Shown: positions 1 through 11,210, counted from the first letter of the stretch. The stretch is DNA of 64,000 nt from Terriglobia bacterium (GCA_963801545.1 CAWDFF010000042.1:79964-143963); one strand, 5' to 3'. Notes: generated from the sequence alone by a model not told the origin. Numbers and translations are program-made.

Positions 1-753
1 TGACGTGGGCAATGTCGCCAGAGTGAAACCCTGGTTGTAGTTGGTGCTGCCATTTACGTCGACGGTGAACTGGTGTCCGAACGGTCCCTGCATGATGAAG
101 GAATTGCTCGCTGTGTTCACGGAGACAATCGTGCCCGTAAGGTCGGTGACCTGGCCTTCGGGATTGGTCGCCTTCACCGCTTCGATGAACATAACCGGGT
201 CAATGACACCCGTGATCTGGCCGGTGTTGTCCACAGCCAGAGACTGGCGGATGTCAAATTCGGTATGCATCCCGGCCAGGCCACTCGCACCCACGACCAT
301 GGGCGTCGGAAAATTCACGGTTACGGAAGTGGTCTGCGGGCTGGTACTGGTCGGGCTGGCAAACGTGCCGTTCAGCGTACTGACCTGCGGAGGATTGACG
401 GCGCTGATGTAATTGATGACCGGACTGGACAACACAAAGGTTGCGCTGCTGTAAGTGTCCGCTGGTACAGCGCTGAAACCCAATGGCGCGCGCAGACCCA
501 CCAGCCGGGCGAAATCGACGGTGAAGGGAGACGTCACCAGTTGCGGAGAATTGTTCATGCCGGTGAGGGTAACGGAGTTGATCGTAAGGTTAAGACTCAC
601 GACGGATGGCAGCGGAGCATCCTCCCCGGTGACAAAAACCGCTCCCGCCTGCGGCGTTGTAGTCAGAGTCGTTGAGCTCGTTCCCCCGCCGCAGCCGACC
701 AGGGTCAGCCCGCACAGTGCCAAAAACATGGAAAGCACCCGAAAGCGTTTCAT
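1..753 (-). CDS. DUF4382-like secreted lipoprotein (C-terminus lies beyond window start)
   Basis: Not in the ORF track because it is truncated. My own minus-strand translation from the ATG (rc at 751-753) gives MKRFRVLSMFLALCGLTLVGCGGGTSSTTL..., a signal peptide plus lipobox LVGC. The frame stays open to position 1. The family call is from memory. Confidence 0.6.
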   Translation of the reverse strand, partial: MKRFRVLSMFLALCGLTLVGCGGGTSSTTLTTTPQAGAVFVTGEDAPLPSVVSLNLTINSVTLTGMNNSPQLVTSPFTVDFARLVGLRAPLGFSAVPADTYSSATFVLSSPVINYISAVNPPQVSTLNGTFASPTSTSPQTTSVTVNFPTPMVVGASGLAGMHTEFDIRQSLAVDNTGQITGVIDPVMFIEAVKATNPEGQVTDLTGTIVSVNTASNSFIMQGPFGHQFTVDVNGSTNYNQGFTLATLPTS

Positions 754-1017
754 GAAAAAACTCCTATATGCTGAAAAAACTACGAGTTCGTGTACCGATA
801 TGAAAACACGCCCACTTTAAGGAAGTTGCGTTACTTTGGGGCAGGGTACGAACGTAATTCCCGCTCTGGGAGCGGACTCTGGCGAGTTTGAATCGTGCGC
901 GTGAACCAGGGAGGAAAACAAACTATCGATTACTTGATGCCGATGAATATGTCGACTTGCGAATCCTGCGGGTAACCGGCTGCGCCGGTCGATGGGCTGA
1001 AGACTGACGACCGACGA

Positions 1018-1608
1018 CTATTTGATCTCCATCACTTCTTTTTCTTTGCCCTTGCTCATCTCTTCCATCTTTTTGATTTCGTCATCGGTCAGCTTCTGGA
1101 TTTCTTCCATGGCCCGCTTCTCGTCATCCTCGGCAATTTTCTTGTCCTTCATTGCCTTCTTGATCGCATCATTGCCATCGCGACGAATGTTGCGCACCGC
1201 TGTCCTGTGCTCTTCCAGCACCTTGTGCAGGTGTTTGACCATGTCCTTGCGACGCTCCTCGGTGAGCGGCGGAACTGGCACGCGGATAATCTTGCCGTCG
1301 TTCATGGGGTTCAGGCCGAGATCGGCCGTCCGGATACTCTTCTCGATCGCCGTCAGCGAGCTGGGATCAAAGGGCTGCACGGTGATGAGCTGTGGCTCGG
1401 GAGCGTGAACCTGGGCGATCTGGTTCAGCGGCATCTGGGAACCGTAGTAATCCACGCTGACGGCATCCAGCATGTGCACCGAGGCGCGCCCGGTACGGGT
1501 CGCCGCCATGGCCTTGCGAAAGTCTTCCACGGCCTTGTCCATGCGGGTTTTGAGCTGAATATAAGTGTCTTTGAGACCGGGTACGGCTGCCATCGTAGGT
1601 TGAGCCAT
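1018..1608 (-). CDS. frr: ribosome recycling factor
   Basis: 196-aa ORF with RTGRASVHMLD, YYG, LGLNP, LTEERRKDMVK and RNIRRD motifs. It sits in the conserved rpsB-tsf-pyrH-frr order. Confidence 0.95.
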   Translation of the reverse strand: MAQPTMAAVPGLKDTYIQLKTRMDKAVEDFRKAMAATRTGRASVHMLDAVSVDYYGSQMPLNQIAQVHAPEPQLITVQPFDPSSLTAIEKSIRTADLGLNPMNDGKIIRVPVPPLTEERRKDMVKHLHKVLEEHRTAVRNIRRDGNDAIKKAMKDKKIAEDDEKRAMEEIQKLTDDEIKKMEEMSKGKEKEVMEIK

Positions 1609-1672
1609 TGTCAGCTCCGTGGAACTTCAGGTATCAAAACGCTGAATTATAAACCTCTTGCAAGATAAAAGC

Positions 1673-1763
1673 GGCCACAGATCGTCACGGATTAGCACGG
1701 ATCAACCAGAGAAAGGTAAATGATTACTAGGGTGATCCGTATAGATTCGCGCAAATCCGTGGC
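1673..1763. repeat. GCCACGGAT-type palindromic MITE-like element, copy 1
   Basis: GCCACAGATCGTCACGGATTAGCACGGATC ... GATCCGTATAGATTCGCGCAAATCCGTGGC with terminal inverted repeats. The same architecture occurs at 5684-5770 and 19933-20015. Confidence 0.8.
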
Positions 1764-1769
1764 TGCGGT

Positions 1770-2567
<798 letters not shown>

Positions 2568-3222
2568 CTATTCGCTTTTCTGTTCCGGCTTGGTGATCGC
2601 GATGGTCTCACCCGGATCGCCCACTTTGAAGCGCGCGAAACGGCGGACCGCGATGTTCTCGCCCAGCTTGCCGATCTTGGTGGCAATGAGCTGGCCGATG
2701 CTGACCGTCTGGTCCCGGATGAAAGGCTGCTCCAGGAGACAGACTTCCTCATAAAACTTGCTCATCTTGCCTTCCACAATCTTCTCCACGACTTGCGGGG
2801 GCTTTCCGGTCGCCGCAGCCTGGGCGCGGTAAATATCCTTTTCGCGCTCGAAGGCCTCGGGCGTGACGTCTTCCTTGCGCACGAACTTCGGGTCGCTGGC
2901 CGCGATGTGCATCGCGATGTCGTGCACCAGTTCCTTGAAATCATCGGTGCGCGCCACAAAGTCACTCTCGCAGTTAACTTCCAGAAGGACGCCGATCTTG
3001 CCGCCAGCGTGAATGTAACTGGCGACTGCGCCTTCGCTGGTCATACGACCCGCCTTCCGTTCCGCGATGCTGGCACCACGCTTGCGCAGCAGAATGACTG
3101 CCTGCTTCATGGTCGCCCTTCGCATCAACCAGGGCCTTCTTGCAGTCCATCATCGGCGCCCCGGTCTTTTCCCGGAGCTCTTTCACTTGCGCGGCAGAAA
3201 TATTCACGGTAGATGTGCTCAT
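2568..3222 (-). pseudogene. tsf: elongation factor Ts, interrupted by a single-base frameshift
   Basis: Track piece 2974..3222 starts [37 protein letters not shown] (EF-Ts N-terminus) and then turns to nonsense. Piece 2568..3128 carries the rest ([34 protein letters not shown]...). The coding strand reads AAG GGC GAC C ATG AAG. Removing one C (plus-strand G near 3111) gives an uninterrupted 217-aa short-form EF-Ts. Confidence 0.85.
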
Positions 3223-3257
3223 TGTCTAGATTATTCCAGATTGTTGTTTCTATTTTA

Positions 3258-3330
3258 CGTCGTTGGTCGGTAGTCGTTGGTCGTTGGCTGTAAAGAAACT
3301 CTGGGCGACTGGCCAACGACGAACGACCAG
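3258..3330. repeat. heptamer-repeat hairpin (GGTCGTT)n / CCAACGAC arms
   Basis: CGTCGTTGGTCGGTAGTCGTTGGTCGTTGGC at 3258-3288 pairs with GGCCAACGACGAACGACCAG at 3311-3330. A further CCAACGACC arm lies at 3405-3437. Confidence 0.8.
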
Positions 3331-3439
3331 CAGAAGCCCTGACAAACGTTGACCCGCGCCGGACGACCCGCGCGGGTCCGATTTCCCTCAGGGGCTAGGG
3401 TCTTGGCCAACGACCAAAGACAAACGACCAACGACGGTG

Positions 3440-4339
<900 letters not shown>

Positions 4340-4448
4340 TTAACCTCCTCATTTGGTCTGCATCCGGCGCTCACCCTAAGGCTGCTCCAGATTGCCATTC
4401 CCGCCCCGCGCCGCGAGGCACAGGAAGAATTGAACACCTCAGTCGCAA

Positions 4449-4495
4449 GTACCGAGTACCCGGTACCCAGAATTTACTGGGTCCTGGGTACTGGC
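4449..4495. repeat. heptamer-repeat hairpin (GTACCGA GTACCCG GTACCCA)
   Basis: GTACCGAGTACCCGGTACCC ... TGGGTCCTGGGTACTGGC, complementary arms between rpsB and rpsI. Confidence 0.7.
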
Positions 4496-4501
4496 AACTT
4501 C

Positions 4502-4897
4502 TTACCGCTTCGAGTACTGGAACCGCTTCCTGGCGCCCTTCTGTCCGTACTTCTTTCGCTCTTTCGAACGCGAGTCGCGGCTGACCATGCCTTCTGCCTT
4601 GAGCTTCTTGCGAAACTCCAGATTGAACAGCATGAGGGCGCGAGCGATCCCCAGTTTGACCGCATCAGCCTGCCCATTGACTCCGCCGCCGGTGACCCGA
4701 ACCACCACGTTGAAGGTGGCCGCAGTTTCAGTGGAGAGCAACGGCTGCTTCGCACTGGAACGCTGTGACTCAGTCACAAAGTACTGTTCAAAAGGACGTC
4801 CGTTAACTTTGAAGTCTCCGCTGCCAGGACGTAAATAGACGCGCGCGATCGCCGACTTGCGGCGTCCCGTTCCGTAATATTGAACTAACTCTGCCAT
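4502..4897 (-). CDS. rpsI: 30S ribosomal protein S9
   Basis: 131-aa ORF with [12 protein letters not shown] and a C-terminal KRFQYSKR. Lies downstream of rplM. Confidence 0.95.
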   Translation of the reverse strand: MAELVQYYGTGRRKSAIARVYLRPGSGDFKVNGRPFEQYFVTESQRSSAKQPLLSTETAATFNVVVRVTGGGVNGQADAVKLGIARALMLFNLEFRKKLKAEGMVSRDSRSKERKKYGQKGARKRFQYSKR

Positions 4898-5013
4898 TTA
4901 GCTATCAGCACTCAGCCGTCAGCTTTCAGCCAACCGGTGCTCAACCTTTCGCAAAATTTCAGAACTGTGTCGTACCAATCTAAGAAACCAGAAACTTGAA
5001 ACTGGAAACCGTC

Positions 5014-5454
5014 TTACGCTCTCTCTACCAGCGCCAGCACTTCCGGCTTCTGGGCCGCGTGCGGATGCTTGTCGCCGCGGTAAACCTGCAATTTGCTGAT
5101 CATGTGCCCGCCCAATTTTGTCTTGGGCAGCATGCGCTTGATCGCTTCTTCGACGATCAACTCCGGCTTGCGGTCGAAGCGCTTGCGGAATTCTTCCGTT
5201 CGCAACCCGCCCGGGTATCCAGTGTAATGCTGATACACCTTCTGCTCGGACTTCATTCCGGTCGTCTTCACCTTCTCGGCGTTGATGACGATGACGTGAT
5301 CTCCGGTATCGAGAAACGGCGTGTAGCGCGGATTCTCTTTACCCATGAGGATGAGGGCGACCCTTGAGGCCAGCCGTCCGAGCGTCTGCCCGGATGCATC
5401 CACGACGTACCACTTGCGCACAATTTCCCCCGCTTTGGGGAAATAGGTTGACAT
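5014..5454 (-). CDS. rplM: 50S ribosomal protein L13
   Basis: The track ORF runs to 5511, but L13 homology starts at [20 protein letters not shown] (ATG rc at 5452-5454). The upstream 19 codons are hydrophobic junk. Confidence 0.9.
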   Translation of the reverse strand: MSTYFPKAGEIVRKWYVVDASGQTLGRLASRVALILMGKENPRYTPFLDTGDHVIVINAEKVKTTGMKSEQKVYQHYTGYPGGLRTEEFRKRFDRKPELIVEEAIKRMLPKTKLGGHMISKLQVYRGDKHPHAAQKPEVLALVERA

Positions 5455-5604
5455 TACGAATCTCCCAAGAAAATTAAAAAAACAAAGAAGACCGCTGAGT
5501 ACCCACTTCAACGCCGAAGGCGCAGGGCTACCAGGCGGGCAACCGCAGGACTGCTAAAGACTTAAAGATAACGTAGGATGGCTATTATTGTCAACGAAAG
5601 TTGG

Positions 5605-5857
5605 GGGTCGGGCGTCGTCAGACGTCAGACTTCAGGCGTCGTTCGTCGTTGGTCGTTGGTCGTTGGCCACCTCAGAAAATGCTGCCACGGATTTTCGTCG
5701 GATTCCCACGGATCCAAAAGAAGAAAAACAAATTAAGGTTTCGCATCTGTGGATCCGTGACATCCGTGGCTGATTTGGTCTTCGGCCAACGACCAAGGGC
5801 CACGACCAGGGGCCAACGACCAACGACGCCCGAGGTCTGAAGTTTGGGGTCCGACGC
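5605..5857. repeat. nested palindrome: heptamer arms enclosing a GCCACGGAT-type element (5684-5770)
   Basis: Left arm 5605-5668 is (GTCAGAC)2 TTCAGGC GTCGTTC (GTCGTTG)3. Right arm 5784-5857 is GGCCAACGACC...CCAACGACGCCCGAGGTCTGAAG, complementary in the same order. The MITE-like copy 2 sits in the loop. Confidence 0.8.
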
Positions 5858-5864
5858 TGCCCCG

Positions 5865-6974
5865 CTACTCGTACGCCAGCGCGTCAATCGGATCCTTCTG
5901 CGCCGCCTTGTACGCCGGATATAGTGCGCCCAGGATAGCGCCGACAATTGCGATGATGGTCGCCCGCAGGATCCACCCGCCGGTCACGACCACCGGAAGC
6001 GTGGGCAGGCGGTACTTGATTCCCGCACGTGCAGCCAGGCTGAACACTACTCCGACGATAATCCCACCAATGGCCAGCAGTATCGTCTCACGCAGAATCA
6101 CATTCACGATATAGAACTTCGACGCGCCAATCGATTTCAAGATTCCTATCTCGCGAGTGCGTTCCATGACCGCGGTATACATCGCCTGGAAAATCACGAT
6201 GAACCCGATGATGACTGAGATACCGATCACAACCCGGATAAACGTGGAAAGCCCAGGATAGTTACTCGGAGTCATCATGGACAGGTAGTAGGCCATCGAA
6301 CTGGCCACGTACTTCTCCATGCCCGGAACCTGCTTGATTTCATCTACGACTGCGTCGGCGTTGCTGGGATCATCCAGCTTCAGGTAAAACACCGAGGCCT
6401 TGCCCTGCGCCCCGTTCAGATCCTGCAAGGTCTCAATCTGAAGGAACTTTCGCGCGCCCCGGCCTTCCTCCACGATGCCAGCGACATGGAAGTTGTGATT
6501 CAGGATCTCGATCGTATCCCCCACTTTGACATGTTTGGCCTTGGCGAAAAGGCCGTCCACCAGAACGTCGTTTGGACCCTGGAAGGGGCCGCCCTTCTCG
6601 TAATGGAACGGTTGCCCGGAGAGGCTCTCATAACTTTTCAGGTCGATCCCGGCAATCACTTCGAGCGCACCGGCAGTCGAGACCTGCGTGACGACCGGCG
6701 CTACTCCGACCACGTGGGGAAGCTTGGCCAAGACGTTCCCCACTTTGATCGACATGGGCGCGCCGGTTAACCCGACAATAAAGGAAGAACCTGGAGGCAT
6801 GACGATGACGTCTGCCCCAATTCCAGCCTGCCGCCTCCGGGAATCGTTCAGCATCCCCACCGACAGTCCCACAATCAGCAGGATCAGCGTGACTTCGAGC
6901 GCAATCGCCACAATGCTGATCACCGACCGGAGGGGCCGGTGCACAAGATTGGCGACGATCATTTTGTTCATCAT
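5865..6974 (-). CDS. ABC transporter permease, FtsX/MacB-like
   Basis: 369-aa ORF. It has an N-terminal TM, a large periplasmic loop, and a C-terminal 3-TM FtsX-type module (ERTREIGILKSIGAS...). No ATPase gene is adjacent. Confidence 0.8.
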   Translation of the reverse strand: MMNKMIVANLVHRPLRSVISIVAIALEVTLILLIVGLSVGMLNDSRRRQAGIGADVIVMPPGSSFIVGLTGAPMSIKVGNVLAKLPHVVGVAPVVTQVSTAGALEVIAGIDLKSYESLSGQPFHYEKGGPFQGPNDVLVDGLFAKAKHVKVGDTIEILNHNFHVAGIVEEGRGARKFLQIETLQDLNGAQGKASVFYLKLDDPSNADAVVDEIKQVPGMEKYVASSMAYYLSMMTPSNYPGLSTFIRVVIGISVIIGFIVIFQAMYTAVMERTREIGILKSIGASKFYIVNVILRETILLAIGGIIVGVVFSLAARAGIKYRLPTLPVVVTGGWILRATIIAIVGAILGALYPAYKAAQKDPIDALAYE

Positions 6975-7073
6975 GAGAGGCGCTTCTGGCTTCTTGCTGC
7001 TAGCTACTGGCTACTGACAACTGGAAACTGCATTCAGCCAAATTTCTGAGAATAGTGGCTGAATGCTAAGTGC

Positions 7074-7958
7074 TTACTTCCCATCCGTGCCGGTCACCAG
7101 GCTGGATTGGGGCTGGTCCAGATGCACCACCTGGGCGCCCGGAGGTTGTTCGAGCGCGAACTTGTCGTCGGGGAGCGGCTCGTTCAACTGGATCTTCACG
7201 ATGGTCAGCGTGATGTCGTACTCTTCCTGCGGCCTCCAGATTTCAATCTGCGATGGAAAATTCACCCCATCGTAGTCCTTGTAGCCTTCGTAACGCGAGT
7301 CGGTGGCCAGGTTGCCATCCTGATCGTAGACCAGTTGACGATGAGGCAGCAGGTCAGTTCGACTGAAAATGATCTTGCGGGAAAGAAACCAGCCCCGGTC
7401 GGATTTGCGGATTACTTCAATTTCGTAGTCTGCCTGCTGCACCTGGTGCTTCCTGGCGTCGGTGACGATTTCGAAGTTGTTTTCCATGACCGCGATCTCG
7501 CTTTGCGGATCGATCTCCCGCAAAATGAGCGCGTCATAAATGTGCTGCGGACGCAGATTCTCCAGTGGTTGTTCGGCGTTGTGGCTCTCGATGTCGTTGC
7601 GGCCGACCACGAAACGGTTCCTGGGCGGGATCCAGAGCTTGAAGTCGCGCCCATCGCTCACCATGTCAAAGGCGCGGTTGCGCACGATGGGCATCAACCC
7701 GATCATGCGCAGCATGCTGGGCTTGCGCGCCAGTATGTAGCCACGGATCTGCTGATAGTCGGTGACCTTGCCCTTCTTGACCCCGCCCACGGAGGTGTCG
7801 ATATCCACCGTGGCTTGCAGGGTCTTGATTTTGGCGGCCTGGGCGTCGACATAGTCGATCAATTCCGCCTGGGTAGCGGACTTCAGCGGGGCGGCACTGA
7901 ACTGCCTTTCAACCCGGCGCGAGCGGAACAGACATCCCGTCAGAGGGAAGACCGCCAA
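7074..7958 (-). CDS. LolA-like / outer-membrane lipoprotein-sorting family lipoprotein
   Basis: 294-aa ORF with lipobox (FPLTGC). It is beta-rich and sits immediately upstream of the permease. The frame is open further upstream without a canonical start, so the start is uncertain. Family assignment is from memory. Confidence 0.45.
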   Translation of the reverse strand: MAVFPLTGCLFRSRRVERQFSAAPLKSATQAELIDYVDAQAAKIKTLQATVDIDTSVGGVKKGKVTDYQQIRGYILARKPSMLRMIGLMPIVRNRAFDMVSDGRDFKLWIPPRNRFVVGRNDIESHNAEQPLENLRPQHIYDALILREIDPQSEIAVMENNFEIVTDARKHQVQQADYEIEVIRKSDRGWFLSRKIIFSRTDLLPHRQLVYDQDGNLATDSRYEGYKDYDGVNFPSQIEIWRPQEEYDITLTIVKIQLNEPLPDDKFALEQPPGAQVVHLDQPQSSLVTGTDGK

Positions 7959-8132
7959 AAGAACAAGGATGACCCGGAAGCGGGGAAAAGTGCTGCATCT
8001 AGATTGGATTGGATTCCCGAGAAGACAGTTGGGTTCACCAGTAAGGCTAAGTATATGCGAATCAGGGACGATTCGTCCGCGCCGGGGTTATCAGATTAGC
8101 ATCCCGTGGTCCGGCAACAGGTTAGAAGAGTG

Positions 8133-9129
8133 TTACCTTCCCTGCACTGCCTGCCGCAACTTGGCCACGTTCTGGTTGTGCTCCTCGAGGCTGCGCGAGA
8201 AGCGGTGGTGGCCGTTGCCGTCGCTGACAAAGTAATAGTAGTCGGTCTGCGCCGGATGCATAGCCGCTTCGAGAGCGCTGCGACCCGGGTTTCCGATTGG
8301 CCCGGGCGGGAGGCCGGGATGGGTGTAGGTATTGTAGGCAGACTGAAACTGCATGTCCGCGTGATGCAGCGCTCCGCCGTATTTCCCATCCAGCAACTCG
8401 GCATAGATCACGCTGGGATCGGCCTGCAGCGCGATGTTTCGCGCCAGGCGGTTGTAGTAAACGCTGGCCACCACCGGGCGCTCCTCGGGCACCGCCGTTT
8501 CCTTCTCGACGATGGAGGCCATGGTGACCGTCTTCTGCACGTCTGCTTTCTGTGAGATCAGTAGTCAAACCGATCTGCTCCGCGACCTGGCGGAATTGCT
8601 TCACCATCACTGCCACGATGTCTTTCATGCTTTGGGTGCGCGTGAACTCGTAGGTATTGGGGAAGAGATAGCCTTCCAGGGTTTTCGCTTCCGGAGCCAC
8701 ATCAGAGATTAATCCGACGTCGGATTTGGCCACTTCCAGGAATTCCTGGCTTGACCCCAATCCCGCGTCCTGCACCGCCTGCGCGATGTCAAACATGGTA
8801 TAGCCTTCGGGAATCACCACCGTATGCACGTAAATATCGCCGCGCACCAGGCGGCCATGCACGTCCACGGTTCTCGCGGTCCTGTCAAAAAGATATTCGC
8901 CGGCCTTCAACGACTGTTTGCCATGGAACCGATGCCAGAGGACAAAGGCCAGACGACTTCGGATCACGCCCGCAGTTTGCAGTTCAGTGGCAATCCGGCG
9001 AGTAGAGTATCCCGGGCGGAGCATTACGAATTTCTGCCCCTCCGGCGTAACGGGCATCAACAGCGCCCACGCCATCCAGCCGCCAACTCCGATGACGGCA
9101 AGCAGCAGGAGTATCAGGAACGTACGCAA
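8133..9129 (-). pseudogene. mltG: endolytic murein transglycosylase MltG/YceG, frameshifted
   Basis: The frame of 8122..9129 is MltG-like (TM anchor, LEGYLFPNTYEF) to about 8566 and then nonsense. Piece 8133..8540 holds the catalytic end (ASIVEKETAVPEERPVVASVYYNRL, LQADPSVIY, YNTYTHPGLPPGPIGNPG). The frames switch within 8553-8566, consistent with one extra base. Confidence 0.8.
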
Positions 9130-9261
9130 GTTAGAAATAGTTTAGATGAAGACGAGTCGTGGGTCGTTAGTCTTTGGTCGTTGGACCTTGGTCGGCGGGA
9201 GATGGCGTCAGGCGTCGGGCGTCAGGCGTCGAGCGCCGCCCCGGCGCACACCACCCCGACT

Positions 9262-9419
9262 GTCATCCCGAGCGCCGCCCCGAGCCGCGCTTGCGCGGTG
9301 AGGGCAAGCCGAGGGACCTGGGTTCGTGCGCCCATGGAAGCGGCGTTGCGCCGGCAAGAACCCAGGTCCCTCGACAATCTTTCTTCGCGCTCCGCGCGAA
9401 GAAGATCGCTCGGGATGAC
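9262..9419. mobile_element. GTCATCCCGAGCG-type palindromic MITE-like element, copy A
   Basis: 13-bp terminal inverted repeats GTCATCCCGAGCG / CGCTCGGGATGAC. Internal palindromes are CCGCGCTTGCGCGG, GAGGGACCTGGGTT..AACCCAGGTCCCTC and CTTCGCGCTCCGCGCGAAG. Flanked by heptamer arms at 9156-9235 and 9462-9539. Confidence 0.7.
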
Positions 9420-9544
9420 AATGGGATGACAAGATGACAAAGGGTTGGGTTTGGCTGCGTCGCTGAAAGCTGACGGCTGAGTGCTGAGTAGCTGAGTGCT
9501 GAATGCAGTACAGCCGCCAACGACCAACGACAAATGACGCGCGC

Positions 9545-10003
9545 CTACCCTCCCCCTCTCGCGTCCATCCAGCTCTGCAAGATGAGCACTGCCGCCATCT
9601 GGTCTACGACTTCTCCGCGGCGCTTGATCGACATATCGGTTTCCCGCAACAGGCGGTTGGCTTGGGCGGAGGTCAGGCGTTCGTCCCAGAGATGCACCGG
9701 CAACTTGAAGCGGCGGCGGATTTCTTCGGCGAAGGCCTGCATCTTTTCGGCCTGAATGCCTTCGGCGCCGCTCATGCGCAAGGGCAGGCCCATCACGATT
9801 TCGGCGACGCGGTACTCGCGGATCACCCGTTCCAGGTGGGCGAAGTCCAGGCGCTTGTTTTGCCGGTGGAGAGTCTCCAGACCTTGCGCTGTGATGCTCA
9901 GCGGGTCAGAAATGGCCACGCCAATCCTTTTTGACCCTACGTCCAGCCCCAGAATTCGTGGCTGGCGCCCAATTTTGGGGGCAGCGGTTTGGTGAGAAGG
10001 CAC
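9545..10003 (-). CDS. ruvX: Holliday junction resolvase-like RuvX/YqgF
   Basis: 152-aa ORF with ILGLDVGSKRIGVAISD and DERLTS motifs. Shows the conserved ruvX-mltG adjacency. Confidence 0.9.
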   Translation of the reverse strand: MPSHQTAAPKIGRQPRILGLDVGSKRIGVAISDPLSITAQGLETLHRQNKRLDFAHLERVIREYRVAEIVMGLPLRMSGAEGIQAEKMQAFAEEIRRRFKLPVHLWDERLTSAQANRLLRETDMSIKRRGEVVDQMAAVLILQSWMDARGGG

Positions 10004-10014
10004 GTCGCGATTAT

Positions 10015-11136
10015 ATGTCCCGCGCGTACCCCGGTGAGTTAGGCTACGATACCGCTATGGCCATCGACGAAGCAGAGCTTCGCCAACCTCCCCTGCAGGC
10101 GGTGGCACCCCTACAACCCAAGGCGGCGAAGCCTCACTGGGCGTTCACTGCGATTGGAATCGCCACCATCCTGGGCCTTTGCTATTGGGGCGAATTGGTT
10201 CTGGCTGTCGTGCTGGTATCGGTGTTGCTGGCCTTCATTTTGGCTCCGGTAATGGACCTGCTCATCCAACTTCGCCTGCCTCGCGGGGTCGCCGCCGCCG
10301 CGGCTGTGCTTCTGCTACTGGCTCTGATTACCGGACTGGTTTATTACTCCTCGAACCAGGCCATCATTTTCGCCCATGATCTCTCCAAATACACACAAAG
10401 GATTCGGCAGGAAATCTCTCAGGTCTGGCTGCAGGCGGAAAACCTGGGAACGGCGGACACTGGCCCGCAGGCCAAGCCCGCAGAGTCTCGTTCCAGCACC
10501 AATTGGGCGGACGTCCTCACTCGCGGCTTCGGTTCCGTCTCGCAGGCCTTGCTGGCGGCCTCGTTTGTACCTTTCCTTGTGTATTTCATGTTGAGCTGGC
10601 AGCAACATGTCCGCTCGGCAACCGTGATGCTGTTTTCGCTGGAGAACCGCCACGCTGCATACGTCACCCTGGGCCTGATTTCAGCGATGATTCGCAGCTT
10701 CATGGTGGGGAACCTGCTGATTGGTCTTTTCCTGGGAACCGCCGGCACGATCGCGTTCGCGTTTCTGCATGTGCCGTTCTTTTATTTCATTGGCTTCATC
10801 AGCGGATTCCTGAGCCTGGTTCCCTATCTTGGAGTGGTGCTGGCCATGGCGCCTCCGATCTTCGTGAGCGTCGGACACATCAACTCCGGAGATGCCGTGG
10901 TGATTGTGCTAACGGTCCTGGTACTTCACCTGATCGCTCTCAACGTGCTCTATCCCAAGTTTCTGGGCAACCGCCTGCAGTTGAATCCGCTGGCAGTGAC
11001 GATTGCGTTGCTGGTCTGGGGATGGCTATGGGGAGCGATGGGACTGGTTCTCGCCGTCCCTATCACGGCCGCCATGAAAATCGTCTTCGACCACGTGGAG
11101 TCGCTGAAGCCGTACGGGGCGTGGATGGGGGAGTGA
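10015..11136 (+). CDS. AI-2E family transporter (PerM/YhhT-like)
   Basis: Multi-TM ORF. The track start at 9931 overlaps ruvX, so the ATG at 10015 (MSRAYPG) or 10057 is more plausible. C-terminal motif is LLVWGWLWGAMGLVLAVPITA. Confidence 0.8.
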   Translation: MSRAYPGELGYDTAMAIDEAELRQPPLQAVAPLQPKAAKPHWAFTAIGIATILGLCYWGELVLAVVLVSVLLAFILAPVMDLLIQLRLPRGVAAAAAVLLLLALITGLVYYSSNQAIIFAHDLSKYTQRIRQEISQVWLQAENLGTADTGPQAKPAESRSSTNWADVLTRGFGSVSQALLAASFVPFLVYFMLSWQQHVRSATVMLFSLENRHAAYVTLGLISAMIRSFMVGNLLIGLFLGTAGTIAFAFLHVPFFYFIGFISGFLSLVPYLGVVLAMAPPIFVSVGHINSGDAVVIVLTVLVLHLIALNVLYPKFLGNRLQLNPLAVTIALLVWGWLWGAMGLVLAVPITAAMKIVFDHVESLKPYGAWMGE

Positions 11137-11140
11137 GGCG

Positions 11141-11210
11141 GGCGTCGTTGTTAGTCTTTGGTCTTTGGTCTTTGGTCTTTGGTCGTTGGTCGTTGGTCGT
11201 CTGTCCTCCC
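11141..11210. repeat. heptamer repeat arm (GGTCTTT)4(GGTCGTT)2
   Basis: GGCGTCGTTGTTAGTCTTTGGTCTTTGGTCTTTGGTCTTTGGTCGTTGGTCGTTGGTCG. Its complement lies at 11668-11697. Confidence 0.85.

Noticed and set aside
3105-3117. Programmed ribosomal frameshift in tsf
   Set aside because: No slippery heptamer or downstream structure is evident. Three other genes show similar single-base breaks. Sequence error or real mutation is more parsimonious, and this is reported as a finding for read-level checking.
9222-9533. ORFs 9174-9437, 9208-9432, 9222-9533, 9263-9520 and 24903-25425
   Set aside because: They are translations of the palindromic MITE-like elements and heptamer arrays. The same peptides appear on both strands because the DNA is palindromic.
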